Source: Minisyncoccota bacterium
GTDB lineage: Bacteria; Patescibacteriota; Minisyncoccia; Phycocordibacterales; UBA9973
Length of the DNA: 64,000 nucleotides
Assembly (NCBI GenBank): GCA_041674285.1
Contig: JBAYVZ010000005.1
Location: forward strand, 5,176-69,175
Reading direction: 5' to 3'
In this document: positions 1 through 8,054 of the stretch, in pieces
Layout: each line of letters begins with the position of its first letter
How positions within the stretch are numbered: the first letter of the stretch is position 1
Position numbers and translations under genes: made by a program
The notes under the pieces: model-generated
What the model saw: the letters and a program-made list of their open reading frames with translations, nothing else
Told to the model about the DNA's origin: nothing
Databases searched by the model: none

Positions 1-813
1 CTGCACAGATCGGATATCAGCACCATTGGATAGTAAATCTGTGGCAAAGCTGTGGCGGATCACGTGAGGGGTGACCTTTTTAGATATACCTGCTTTGATG
101 GCATAGTATTTCACGATACGCTCGATCGATCGGGGAGTGAGGCGACCAGAATCTGAACGATTGCGAGAGTTCTTCACAAATAGTGGCTCGTCTAGATCCT
201 TTCTATTTTTTAAATATACTTTGATTGCCTCCTTGGCTGTAGGAGATAGGAATACTACTCGCACCTTTTCACCCTTTCCGCGGATAGAGAATTCGTCTTT
301 TGACAGATCCAGATCCCGATTCAATGAACATAATTCAGACAGACGGAGCCCAGTGGAGAAGAATAGTTCCAGTATCGCCTTGTCGCGAAGACCCTTTGGT
401 GTAGTCATTTCAGGTGCATTCATCAGGCGAGACAGTTCCTCGACTGATATCAGATCCAGATGTCGCTCTTTTATCTTGGCTAGTTCGATCTTGTCGGGGG
501 ATAGGGATGTGACACTGCGTTTCATCATGTATTTGAGGAATGCGCGCAATGCTATCAGATGATAGTTCTGTGTATTTTTCTTTAGTGTCGCCGAGGACTG
601 TCCACGGACTTTCATGCCTGGGAGTCTATTTATATGCAATCTGAATTCACGAATCATATCGTCGGTGATATCAATGGGATCTTTTGCTTTTGAAATTTCT
701 AAAAAGCGCGAGATATAGTGATCATAATTGCGCACAGTCAGTAGACTATTGCCCTTTTCTATCTCTACGTGCTCGAGGAATTCTCTTTTTAATTGTTCTA
801 ATCGTGTCGCCAT
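1..813 (-). CDS. tyrosine site-specific recombinase, XerC/XerD-like (3' end runs off the window)
   Basis: Absent from the ORF track (no stop in window). Reverse-strand translation starts MATRLEQLKREFLEHVEIEKG at 813 and reaches ...VTPHVIRHSFATDLLSNGADIRSVQ at base 1, the HxxR catalytic C-terminal box of tyrosine recombinases. Confidence 0.8.
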   Translation of the reverse strand, partial: MATRLEQLKREFLEHVEIEKGNSLLTVRNYDHYISRFLEISKAKDPIDITDDMIREFRLHINRLPGMKVRGQSSATLKKNTQNYHLIALRAFLKYMMKRSVTSLSPDKIELAKIKERHLDLISVEELSRLMNAPEMTTPKGLRDKAILELFFSTGLRLSELCSLNRDLDLSKDEFSIRGKGEKVRVVFLSPTAKEAIKVYLKNRKDLDEPLFVKNSRNRSDSGRLTPRSIERIVKYYAIKAGISKKVTPHVIRHSFATDLLSNGADIRSVQ

Positions 814-851
814 AGTCGTACAATAATTTTACCACATATCTACGGATATTA

Positions 852-859
852 TGTATAAT
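852..859 (+). promoter_or_regulatory. -10 box (TG-TATAAT) placed 6 nt before ATG 866
   Basis: TATAAT at 854-859 preceded by TG. Predicted +1 coincides with the ATG at 866. Confidence 0.45.
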
Positions 860-865
860 AAATAT

Positions 866-1423
866 ATGAGAGAAATAGAAGTTAAAGCAAAAATAAAAGA
901 TAAGGAAAAATTACTCAAAAAGTTAGCGGACCTTGGCTTTGTTTTTGATTCAGAAAAACATCAACACGATAGAGTATACTTTCCAAATGGAGTAGAATTC
1001 ACCGGTTCAAATATTATTGGGCAAAATATCCTCAGAATTCGCACAGAAGAAAAAGACGGCAAGAAAAAATCAATGTTTGCATTGAAGTATTCTGCGAGTG
1101 CCGCCCTCGACAAGATAGAGAAGGAATTCGAGATAGGGGATACAGATCAGATGCATGAGGTAATAAAAATGCTAGGCCACTACCTATTCATCGAGATAAA
1201 GAAACACAGAAGGACAGGCAAGTATGGAGATTACGAGATATGCATAGATGAAGTAGAAGATCTCGGATCATTCATAGAAGTAGAAAAGATAGTAGAGGAG
1301 GACATCGCCGGAGACCAGATCCTAATAGAACTAGACGAATTCTTAAATACTCTCGATATCGACCATTCCGACAAGACAATCCACGGCTACGATATACTGA
1401 TGGGACAAAGAAAAAACATGTAA
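866..1423 (+). CDS. CYTH-domain protein (class IV adenylate cyclase / triphosphatase-like)
   Basis: ORF 851..1423 trimmed to the second ATG. N-terminus MREIEVKAKI carries the ExExK CYTH signature, and the promoter geometry favours 866. Confidence 0.6.
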   Translation: MREIEVKAKIKDKEKLLKKLADLGFVFDSEKHQHDRVYFPNGVEFTGSNIIGQNILRIRTEEKDGKKKSMFALKYSASAALDKIEKEFEIGDTDQMHEVIKMLGHYLFIEIKKHRRTGKYGDYEICIDEVEDLGSFIEVEKIVEEDIAGDQILIELDEFLNTLDIDHSDKTIHGYDILMGQRKNM

Positions 1424-1444
1424 TAAACACATAGGTATAGGCCC

Positions 1445-1473
1445 TTGCAATTCTTTTTAATATGTGATACTAT
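1445..1473 (+). promoter_or_regulatory. sigma70-type promoter TTGCAA-17-TACTAT (TGn extended)
   Basis: TTGCAA 1445-1450, 17 nt spacer, TGaTACTAT ending at 1473. ATG 1480 lies 7 nt downstream, giving a leaderless geometry. Confidence 0.6.
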
Positions 1474-1479
1474 ATGCAC

Positions 1480-1740
1480 ATGTTAACAACGAAGAAAAAG
1501 GCAAATATAATCAAGAAAAATCAGATTCACGACAAGGACACTGGCTCTCCAGAAGTTCAGATCGCTGTTATTACTGAGAAAATTGATGAACTTGCATCAC
1601 ATTTAAAGAAGCACAAGAAGGACAATCACTCTCGTCGTGGACTTATACAGATGGTTGCTGACCGTCGCAAGCACCTCAAGTACCTTGAGAAGACAGACAA
1701 GACTCGTCACGAGACAGTAGCTAAAAAATTAAAAGCATAA
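1480..1740 (+). CDS. rpsO: 30S ribosomal protein S15
   Basis: MLTTKKKANIIKK...GSPEVQIAVITEKIDELASHLKKHKKDNHSRRGLIQMVADRRKHLKYL is typical uS15. Start moved from 1474 to 1480 on the promoter spacing. Confidence 0.93.
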   Translation: MLTTKKKANIIKKNQIHDKDTGSPEVQIAVITEKIDELASHLKKHKKDNHSRRGLIQMVADRRKHLKYLEKTDKTRHETVAKKLKA

Positions 1741-1742
1741 TT

Positions 1743-1772
1743 AAAACATCTCGACTAACCTCGAGATGTTTT
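1743..1772 (+). terminator. intrinsic terminator after rpsO
   Basis: 12-bp stem AAAACATCTCGA / TCGAGATGTTTT with loop CTAACC, followed by a T-rich tract. Confidence 0.7.
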
Positions 1773-1779
1773 AATTTGG

Positions 1780-1896
1780 TCCCGTTAGAGATGCGTTGTT
1801 GTAAATTTACGGGATAGTGTAAAATAAGAAGAGGAACATATTATTAACAATAATTAACAAGATACGGAAGTCTTTGGACTTCCTATCTCTAACGGG
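1780..1896 (+). repeat. start-codon-abutting structured element (family 1), copy 1
   Basis: 5' arm TCCCGTTAGAGAT (1780-1792) and 3' arm ATCTCTAACGGG (1885-1896). Inner hairpin GATACGGAAGTC-TTTG-GACTTCCTATC. ATG follows at 1897. Confidence 0.85.
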
Positions 1897-2400
1897 ATGA
1901 TAATCAAACATAAAGAACAAAGAGTTGGAGTGTTTATTGACACAGCCAATCTATATCACAGCGCAAAAAACCTCTATAAGAGAAAGGTAAACTTTGGTGC
2001 TGTACTAAAAGACGCAGTAGCAGGACGTAAACTAGTCCGTGCAACAGCATACGTGATCACTAGTGAGGGAGGCGACGAAAAGAGTTTCTTTGAAGCTCTC
2101 ACAAAGCTAGGCATAGAGACAAAGACAAAAGACCTCCAAGTATTTTCAGGTGGAGCAAAGAAGGGCGACTGGGATGTAGGTATAGCAGTAGATGCTATGA
2201 AGATGGCACCCCGTCTCGATGCAGTAGTACTAGTAGCAGGAGATGGGGACTTTATCCCTCTCGTAGAGTACCTCCGAAATACATATGGCACACAAGTAGA
2301 AGTGGTTTCATTTGGGAAATCTGCTTCTATGAAACTAAAAGAAGCTGCCGATGACTTCCTAGACTTATCAGTGAGTCCTCAAAAATACCTAATGAGATAA
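1897..2400 (+). CDS. NYN-domain (LabA/DUF88-like, PIN-like nuclease fold) protein
   Basis: RVGVFIDTANLYHS...GDWDVGIAVDAM...VLVAGDGDFIPLVEYLR pattern of NYN/LabA proteins. Confidence 0.75.
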   Translation: MIIKHKEQRVGVFIDTANLYHSAKNLYKRKVNFGAVLKDAVAGRKLVRATAYVITSEGGDEKSFFEALTKLGIETKTKDLQVFSGGAKKGDWDVGIAVDAMKMAPRLDAVVLVAGDGDFIPLVEYLRNTYGTQVEVVSFGKSASMKLKEAADDFLDLSVSPQKYLMR

Positions 2401-2405
2401 ATTGT

Positions 2406-3320
2406 ATGGAAAAGCTTTGGCCAATCACATTAACGAGGAAAATATCTGATATACACTGCGGTGGTTTCACCATGGCAGAGGAAGAGAGTCTCGGCTTCAA
2501 AGCAGGTGAATTATTTGAGGCACCGAATGAGCTTTTTGAACTAGTGACATTTCACAAGAAAAATCTTTCAACAAATTTACATAAATACAAAGAGGTAATA
2601 ATAAAAAATAACGATTACACCGAGGTCAGACCTGGGGTTTTTGCTCATGCAGGTGCAGTTATAGATGAGCAAGTGGTCTTTAATACAAAAAATGGCTTGG
2701 TCATAGTAGAAAAAGGGGCGCATATAAATCCATTTAATTATATAGCTGGGCCAGTACGTATAGACGAGAGTGCGACAATTAACCCGCATTCAAATATTTC
2801 AAATTCTTATATAGGTAAATACTGCAAAGTGGGAGGTGAAGTCTCAAATTCTATAATAGAGTCATACAGCAACAAAGGTCATCATGGATACCTGGGTGAT
2901 AGTTATGTAGGCTCATGGGTAAATATCGGTGGGGGCGCGTCAACATCAAATCTTAAAAATACATACGGAAAGATAAAGCTAGGTGGGGTAGAGACCGGGG
3001 AGCAATTCCTAGGATCAGTCATCGCCGACCATGCAAAAATAGCCATAAATGTATCTATATATACAGGAAAAGTAATCGGCGTGGCCGCTCACGTATATGA
3101 CACAGTCACAATAGATGTGCCCTCATTTACAAATTATATTTCAAAAGAAAATATGACTATTTTACCCGTTGATATAGCAGTAAAAATAGCAGGACGAATG
3201 CAAGAACGTCGGGGTATAAATACTATAGAGGAGGACAAAGCTATGCTATCATATGCTTATAATGCCACCGAAGGTGAACGAAAGAGTGCTGGCGTTACAG
3301 AAGGTAAATTAGCATTTTAA
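2406..3320 (+). CDS. left-handed beta-helix (hexapeptide-repeat) transferase-like protein
   Basis: Repeated [LIV]-G-x4 hexapeptide pattern (IGKYCKVGGEVSNSIIESYSNKGHHGYLGDSYVGSWVNIGGGASTSN). The start codon is uncertain. Confidence 0.55.
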   Translation: MEKLWPITLTRKISDIHCGGFTMAEEESLGFKAGELFEAPNELFELVTFHKKNLSTNLHKYKEVIIKNNDYTEVRPGVFAHAGAVIDEQVVFNTKNGLVIVEKGAHINPFNYIAGPVRIDESATINPHSNISNSYIGKYCKVGGEVSNSIIESYSNKGHHGYLGDSYVGSWVNIGGGASTSNLKNTYGKIKLGGVETGEQFLGSVIADHAKIAINVSIYTGKVIGVAAHVYDTVTIDVPSFTNYISKENMTILPVDIAVKIAGRMQERRGINTIEEDKAMLSYAYNATEGERKSAGVTEGKLAF

Positions 3321-3324
3321 ACCA

Positions 3325-3459
3325 AAAAATTGCAAATTTTTTCTTCGCATATCTTTTCTAGGGTACACAAATTTTTTGCTAAAAATTTGTGAGAGTCTAG
3401 CGCCGGTCGCGCTGTAGAAGCCCCTAAAAAAGATAAGCGTGCGACAATTTGCAATTTTT
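3325..3459 (+). repeat. palindromic intergenic element (family 2), copy A
   Basis: TTCTTCGCATATCTTTTCTAGGG...CCCCTAAAAAAGATAAGCGTGCGAC with inner hairpins GTAAATTTTT/AAAAATTTAC-like and a GC-rich hairpin. Outer arms AAAAATTGCAAATT / AATTTGCAATTTTT. Ends 10 nt before the tdh ATG. Confidence 0.8.
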
Positions 3460-3468
3460 AATAAAACT

Positions 3469-4416
3469 ATGTCAAAAATTTTAATTATTGGGGCGTGCGG
3501 TCAGATAGGGGTAGAGCTTACTTTGGCCCTACGAAAGATTCATGGTAATGAAAATGTAATAGCATCTGATATCCGTGGAGAGCATGCCATGCTCGCAGGT
3601 ACTGGACCATATTACACACTAGATGCTACTGACGCAGAGGGGACTCGAGCGATAGTAGAAAAAGAAGGAGTCACAGATATATACTTACTCGCTGCATTAC
3701 TATCTGCAACAGGGGAGAAGAATCCAAAGCTATGCTGGGATTTGAACATGAATAGTCTCAGACAAATTCTAGATCTAGGGGTAGAAAAGAAATTAAAAAT
3801 CTTTTGGCCTAGCTCTATCGCAGTATTCGGACCGACAACACCTAGAGAAAATACACAACTTCACACTATCATCGAGCCTACTACTATGTACGGAGTGACA
3901 AAGTACGCAGGTGAGATGCTCTGCCAATACTATGCAAATAAATTCGGACTAGATGTCCGCTCTGTGCGATACCCGGGCCTCATCAGCTGGAAGAGTGAAC
4001 CAGGTGGTGGAACTACAGACTATGCAGTAGAGATATTTTATGAAGCTATCAAGAATAAAAAATATTCTTGCTTCCTCTCAGAAAATACTTATCTACCGAT
4101 GATGTATATGGATGATGCGATCCGTGCGACGATCGAGCTGATGCAGGCGCCACTTGAAAATATAAAGACTCGAATGTCATACAACTTATCTGCAATTAGC
4201 TTTTCTCCTACTGAGATAGCAGGTGAATTGAAAAAGCACATGCCAGAATTTGAGATATCTTATGCTCCGGATCACCGCCAAGCTATCGCCAACTCTTGGC
4301 CTGCATCTATCGATGATTCTGATGCACGTGCAGACTGGGGATGGAAGCATGAATTTGATCTAGAAAAAATGACAGAGGTAATGCTTGAGAATTTAAAAAA
4401 TAAATTAGCCAAATAG
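3469..4416 (+). CDS. tdh: L-threonine 3-dehydrogenase, extended-SDR (UDP-galactose-4-epimerase-like) type
   Basis: MSKILIIGACGQIG NAD-binding motif, NVIASDIR and a YGVTK (YxxxK) catalytic motif. Adjacent to kbl. The track ORF from GTG 3439 lies inside repeat A, so the ATG at 3469 is preferred. Confidence 0.72.
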   Translation: MSKILIIGACGQIGVELTLALRKIHGNENVIASDIRGEHAMLAGTGPYYTLDATDAEGTRAIVEKEGVTDIYLLAALLSATGEKNPKLCWDLNMNSLRQILDLGVEKKLKIFWPSSIAVFGPTTPRENTQLHTIIEPTTMYGVTKYAGEMLCQYYANKFGLDVRSVRYPGLISWKSEPGGGTTDYAVEIFYEAIKNKKYSCFLSENTYLPMMYMDDAIRATIELMQAPLENIKTRMSYNLSAISFSPTEIAGELKKHMPEFEISYAPDHRQAIANSWPASIDDSDARADWGWKHEFDLEKMTEVMLENLKNKLAK

Positions 4417-4420
4417 ATAC

Positions 4421-4546
4421 TATAAATTCGTCGCACGTGTATCTTTTTTAAGGGCTTCTGCAGCGCGACTGGCGCGAAGCCTGAGTAAATTTTTAGCAAA
4501 AAATTTACGTACCTTAAAAAAGATATACGAAGAAAGAATTTATAAA
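4421..4546 (-). repeat. palindromic intergenic element (family 2), copy B (inverted relative to A and C)
   Basis: Its reverse complement aligns almost base for base with copy C (…CTTCGTATATCTTTTTTAAGGTACGTAAATTTTTTGCTAAAAATTTACTCAGGCTTCGCGCCAGTCGCGCTGCAGAAGCCC…). Ends 9 nt before the kbl ATG. Confidence 0.8.
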
Positions 4547-4554
4547 TTATTCAT

Positions 4555-5763
4555 ATGTACACAAAAAAATTTACAGAGTCACTCTCTCTTGATTTGAAAA
4601 ATATCGAAGAGAGTGGAAAGTTCAAAAAAGAAAAGATGATCGAGAGAGTTCAAGGTTCTCATATCAAGATAGGGGAGCAGGATTTTATCATGTACGCCTC
4701 AAACAATTATCTCGGACTAGCAGGTAGTAAATTCTCAACAGATGCAAACAAAGAGGGATTGGAGAAATACGGTTTTGGTATGGCATCGGTCAGATTCCTA
4801 TCCGGCACTCAGACTATACATAGACAACTAGAGGAGAGGATAGCAAAATTCATCGGCACAGAAGATGCGATCATATATTCTACAGGATTCATGGCCAACC
4901 TTGGATTGTTTGCTACGATAATAAATGAACCTCGTGGAAGTGAAGCTCCCTACAAAGATGTTATATATAGCGATGCAAACAATCATGCTTCAATCATCGA
5001 TGCATTCAAGCTCTGCAAAAAAGAAAATCTAGACAAGAGAATCTACAAGGGTGGGGACCTAGCGATGCTTGAGCAATTCCTGTCAGAAGATAAAGATAAA
5101 AATTACAGAACAAAGATTATCGCTACGGACGGGATATTCAGCATGGAGGGGAATTCTGCTGATTTGAAAAAGCTTGTAGATCTAGCTGAAAAGTACGAGG
5201 CCCTACTATTTGTAGACGACGCACACGGTATAGGAGTGATGGGTGATCTCGGAAGAGGTACACCAGAGAGCTGTGATGCACTCGGGAAAGTGGACATCGT
5301 ATCTGGTACATTTGGCAAGGCGCTCGGTGGAGCAGTCGGTGGGTATATAGGAGGTAGTAGAGAGCTCGTAGAATATCTGCGACAAAAATCTCGCACATAC
5401 CTATTCTCAAATGCGATGCCAGCATCGATAGCATACACGGGGATAAAGACACTTGACCTACTAGAGAGCGATGATACACCAATCAAAAAAGTAAAAGAAA
5501 ATGCATTATACTTCAGACAGAAACTCGAAGAGAACAATCTGCCGACACTGCACGGCAATCATGCTATCGTCCCACTGATGATAGGTGATGCGAACAAAGC
5601 AGCCGAGATGTCTAGAAAACTTTTTGATGATGGTATCTATGCAGTCTCACTATCATTCCCAGTAGTACCAGAGGGCGAAGCACGAATCAGATTCCAACTT
5701 TCTGCACTACATACAAAAGAGGACATAGACGAGACAATAGAAAAAATAAAGAAACTATACTAA
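4555..5763 (+). CDS. kbl: glycine C-acetyltransferase (2-amino-3-ketobutyrate CoA ligase)
   Basis: Alpha-oxoamine synthase pattern with PLP-lysine motif SGTFGKALGG and DDAHG. Paired with tdh. Confidence 0.85.
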   Translation: MYTKKFTESLSLDLKNIEESGKFKKEKMIERVQGSHIKIGEQDFIMYASNNYLGLAGSKFSTDANKEGLEKYGFGMASVRFLSGTQTIHRQLEERIAKFIGTEDAIIYSTGFMANLGLFATIINEPRGSEAPYKDVIYSDANNHASIIDAFKLCKKENLDKRIYKGGDLAMLEQFLSEDKDKNYRTKIIATDGIFSMEGNSADLKKLVDLAEKYEALLFVDDAHGIGVMGDLGRGTPESCDALGKVDIVSGTFGKALGGAVGGYIGGSRELVEYLRQKSRTYLFSNAMPASIAYTGIKTLDLLESDDTPIKKVKENALYFRQKLEENNLPTLHGNHAIVPLMIGDANKAAEMSRKLFDDGIYAVSLSFPVVPEGEARIRFQLSALHTKEDIDETIEKIKKLY

Positions 5764-5767
5764 AAAA

Positions 5768-5793
5768 ATAAAAGCCACAATTGTGGCTTTTAT
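5768..5793. terminator. bidirectional hairpin terminator between kbl and glmS
   Basis: ATAAAAGCCACAA/TTGTGGCTTTTAT palindrome flanked by A and T runs, between convergent genes. Confidence 0.7.
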
Positions 5794-5797
5794 TTTT

Positions 5798-7633
5798 TTA
5801 TTCTACTGTTACGCTCTTTGCTAAATTACGAGGCTTGTCTACATCTGCTCCACGTAGTACTGCCGTATGATATGCCAGTAGCTGTAGTGGTATCACAGAT
5901 AGTATCGGTATCCACTCATCAGGAACATTTGGAATCTCGACAATGTGATCAAAAATATTTTTCAATTCTTCGTTGCCACTGCGTACTATACCGATAGTCA
6001 GCGCTCCACGAGCTTTGACCTCTTGGACATTTGATATTACTTTTTCAATCAATGCATTATTTGTAGCGACTACAATAACAGGGAAATCTTTTTCTACTAG
6101 TGCTATAGGACCATGCTTCATCTCTGCTGCTGGATAACCCTCAGCATGGATATAAGAAATCTCTTTTAATTTCAACGCCCCCTCGAGTGCGACAGGGAAT
6201 AGTACTCCGCGCCCCAGGAACAATGCATTATCTTTTTCTTTTAAAATCTCGGCGATCTTTTTAACCTTTCCTTCTTCTTTCAATACTTGCTCTACCTTGT
6301 CTCCGATAGTAGACAATTCTTGAACCAAGAATACATATTCATCATGGCCTAGAGTGTCGCGATCTTTTGCTAGTAGTAGAGAGAGTAGTGATAGTATCAC
6401 AGCCTGACCAGTAAAAGCTTTTGTCGATGCTACTCCGATCTCGGGACCGACGTGGATATATGAACCTGCGTCAGTGATACGTGCGATAGATGAGCCGACT
6501 ACATTTGATATACCATATGTCATAGCACCGGATTCACGAGCGATCTGTAGTGCAGCTAGTGTATCTGCTGTCTCTCCGGATTGTGATATAGCTATTACGA
6601 TATCGTCTTTGTAAATTATCGGATTGCGATAACGGAACTCTGATGCATACTCTACTTCTACTGGAATCCTAGCTAGAGTCTCTATCAGATATTCACCGAC
6701 GAGCCCTGCGATCCAAGATGTGCCACAAGCAGTGATGATGATCCTCTTTGCATTTTTAAATTTATCAGCCATCTCTTCTATTCCACGTAGATGCACAGTA
6801 TTATCGGGCAGTATGTGGCCACGGAGTGCGTCGTGTATAGTACGAGCCTGCTCAAAAATTTCTTTTTGCATATAGTGATCGTATCCACCTTTTTCCAGCA
6901 TCTCAGCTTCGATATTCAGCTCCTCTATGAATGGAGTATGAGCTACACCATCGATAGACTTTACATAGAATTCACCATTACGCATTACTTTTGCCATATG
7001 ACCATCTTCTAGGTAGATCACACTCTTTGTGTACTCTACGATAGGGGACGCATCCGAAGCGATAAAAAATTCTTTTTCTCCGATGCCGATCACGAGTGGG
7101 CTACCCTTGCGTGCTACGATCAATGTATCGGGATCTTTTTCGTCTAGCACTACGATCGCATAAGCTCCTACTACCTGAGATAGGGCCTCGCGAACAGCCT
7201 CTTCGGTACTTAGATTGTCCTTTATTTTTACTTTTTCTATCAGACGGGCAAGGACTTCTGTATCAGTGTCACTCTTGAAAGTATCTCCATCTTTGAGGAG
7301 GGCAGTCTTTAAAGTAAGATAATTTTCTATAATACCGTTATGTATCAAGGCTATAGACCCAGATTCTGAGAGGTGGGGGTGAGCATTGCGATCCTCTGGT
7401 GCACCATGGGTGGCCCAGCGAGTATGACCTATGCCTATATTCCCAGCAGGATTATGGTCTTTTGCATACTTAAAAAGCTCGGCAACCTTGCCTTTCTTCT
7501 TGAAAACATTCATTTTTCCATCTAGAAGTGCAACTCCAGCTGAATCATACCCTCTATATTCGAGCCTTTCTAAACCCTTTATAATAATGGGAAAGGCTTC
7601 TCTTTTTCCTATGTATCCGATTATTCCACACAT
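5798..7633 (-). CDS. glmS: glutamine--fructose-6-phosphate aminotransferase
   Basis: MCGIIGYIG Ntn-amidotransferase N-terminus (Cys must follow the initiator Met, so the start is trimmed from 7660), two SIS domains, C-terminal ...KPRNLAKSVTVE. Confidence 0.95.
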   Translation of the reverse strand: MCGIIGYIGKREAFPIIIKGLERLEYRGYDSAGVALLDGKMNVFKKKGKVAELFKYAKDHNPAGNIGIGHTRWATHGAPEDRNAHPHLSESGSIALIHNGIIENYLTLKTALLKDGDTFKSDTDTEVLARLIEKVKIKDNLSTEEAVREALSQVVGAYAIVVLDEKDPDTLIVARKGSPLVIGIGEKEFFIASDASPIVEYTKSVIYLEDGHMAKVMRNGEFYVKSIDGVAHTPFIEELNIEAEMLEKGGYDHYMQKEIFEQARTIHDALRGHILPDNTVHLRGIEEMADKFKNAKRIIITACGTSWIAGLVGEYLIETLARIPVEVEYASEFRYRNPIIYKDDIVIAISQSGETADTLAALQIARESGAMTYGISNVVGSSIARITDAGSYIHVGPEIGVASTKAFTGQAVILSLLSLLLAKDRDTLGHDEYVFLVQELSTIGDKVEQVLKEEGKVKKIAEILKEKDNALFLGRGVLFPVALEGALKLKEISYIHAEGYPAAEMKHGPIALVEKDFPVIVVATNNALIEKVISNVQEVKARGALTIGIVRSGNEELKNIFDHIVEIPNVPDEWIPILSVIPLQLLAYHTAVLRGADVDKPRNLAKSVTVE

Positions 7634-7785
7634 ATAATATAATAAGCGGGCCAAATCCATCTGCTTTGTTGTCGATTCCGTTTACTCCCGCAATGTAGAT
7701 AACTACATCTTGGTCATAATACTCATCGACGCCTCGCATCTGCATTCGTCCGGCTGATTATATGATTATACATTTAAACCATTTA

Positions 7786-7917
7786 TTTTAAAAATCCTTT
7801 CTTCGCATATCTTTTCTAGGGTACGTAAATTTTTTGCTAAAAATTTACTCAGGCTTCGCGCCAGTTGCGCTGTAGAAGCCCCTAAAAAAGATACGCGTGC
7901 GACAGATTTTGCAAAAT
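7786..7917 (+). repeat. palindromic intergenic element (family 2), copy C
   Basis: CTTCGCATATCTTTTCTAGGGTACGTAAATTTTTTGCTAAAAATTTACTCAGGCTTCGCGCCAGTTGCGCTGTAGAAGCCCCTAAAAAAGATACGCGTGCGAC. Near-identical to A and to rc(B). Confidence 0.8.
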
Positions 7918-7935
7918 GATAAAATATAAAGAAGG

Positions 7936-8054
7936 TCCCGTTAGAAGTCATATATGTCATTCAAGCTACGGAGACTGTTTAAATAAATTATTTATATTCG
8001 ATATTATTAGTTAAATTATGTACGATAATCTAAAGATTATCTACTTCTAACGGG
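7936..8054 (+). repeat. start-codon-abutting structured element (family 1), copy 2
   Basis: Arms CCCGTTAGAAGT (7937-7948) / ACTTCTAACGGG (8043-8054). Inner hairpin GATAATC-TAAA-GATTATC. ATG at 8055. Confidence 0.8.

Noticed and set aside
137-562. 141-aa plus-strand ORF from the track
   Set aside because: It lies entirely antisense to the well-supported Xer-type recombinase reading frame (1-813, minus strand). Its sequence is low-complexity and R/S-rich, so it is treated as a shadow ORF.
1780-1896. Family-1 elements as integron attC sites
   Set aside because: The arms contain GTTAGAG and CTCTAAC, superficially like the attC core GTTRRRY / RYYYAAC. However, the order is GTT-RRRR...YYYY-AAC (GTT and AAC on the outside), not RYYYAAC...GTTRRRY. 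The flanking genes are core housekeeping genes on both strands, and there is no adjacent intI or attI.
3325-4546. Glycine or other riboswitch controlling tdh-kbl
   Set aside because: The same element also occurs next to glmS and, diverged, upstream of comM, and in both orientations. No glycine-riboswitch core strings were seen. It is treated as a repeat family instead.
7634-7660. N-terminal extensions of track ORFs (glmS 7660, ruvC 54556, lipoprotein 63959, M23 19634, tdh 3439, 27705, 41720, 51045, 58448, 851, 1474, 18463)
   Set aside because: The extensions precede obligatory N-termini (MCGIIG of glmS, MIILGIDPG of RuvC) or signal peptides. They either overlap promoters or repeats, or are inconsistent with the -10 box spacing. 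Shorter starts were adopted.
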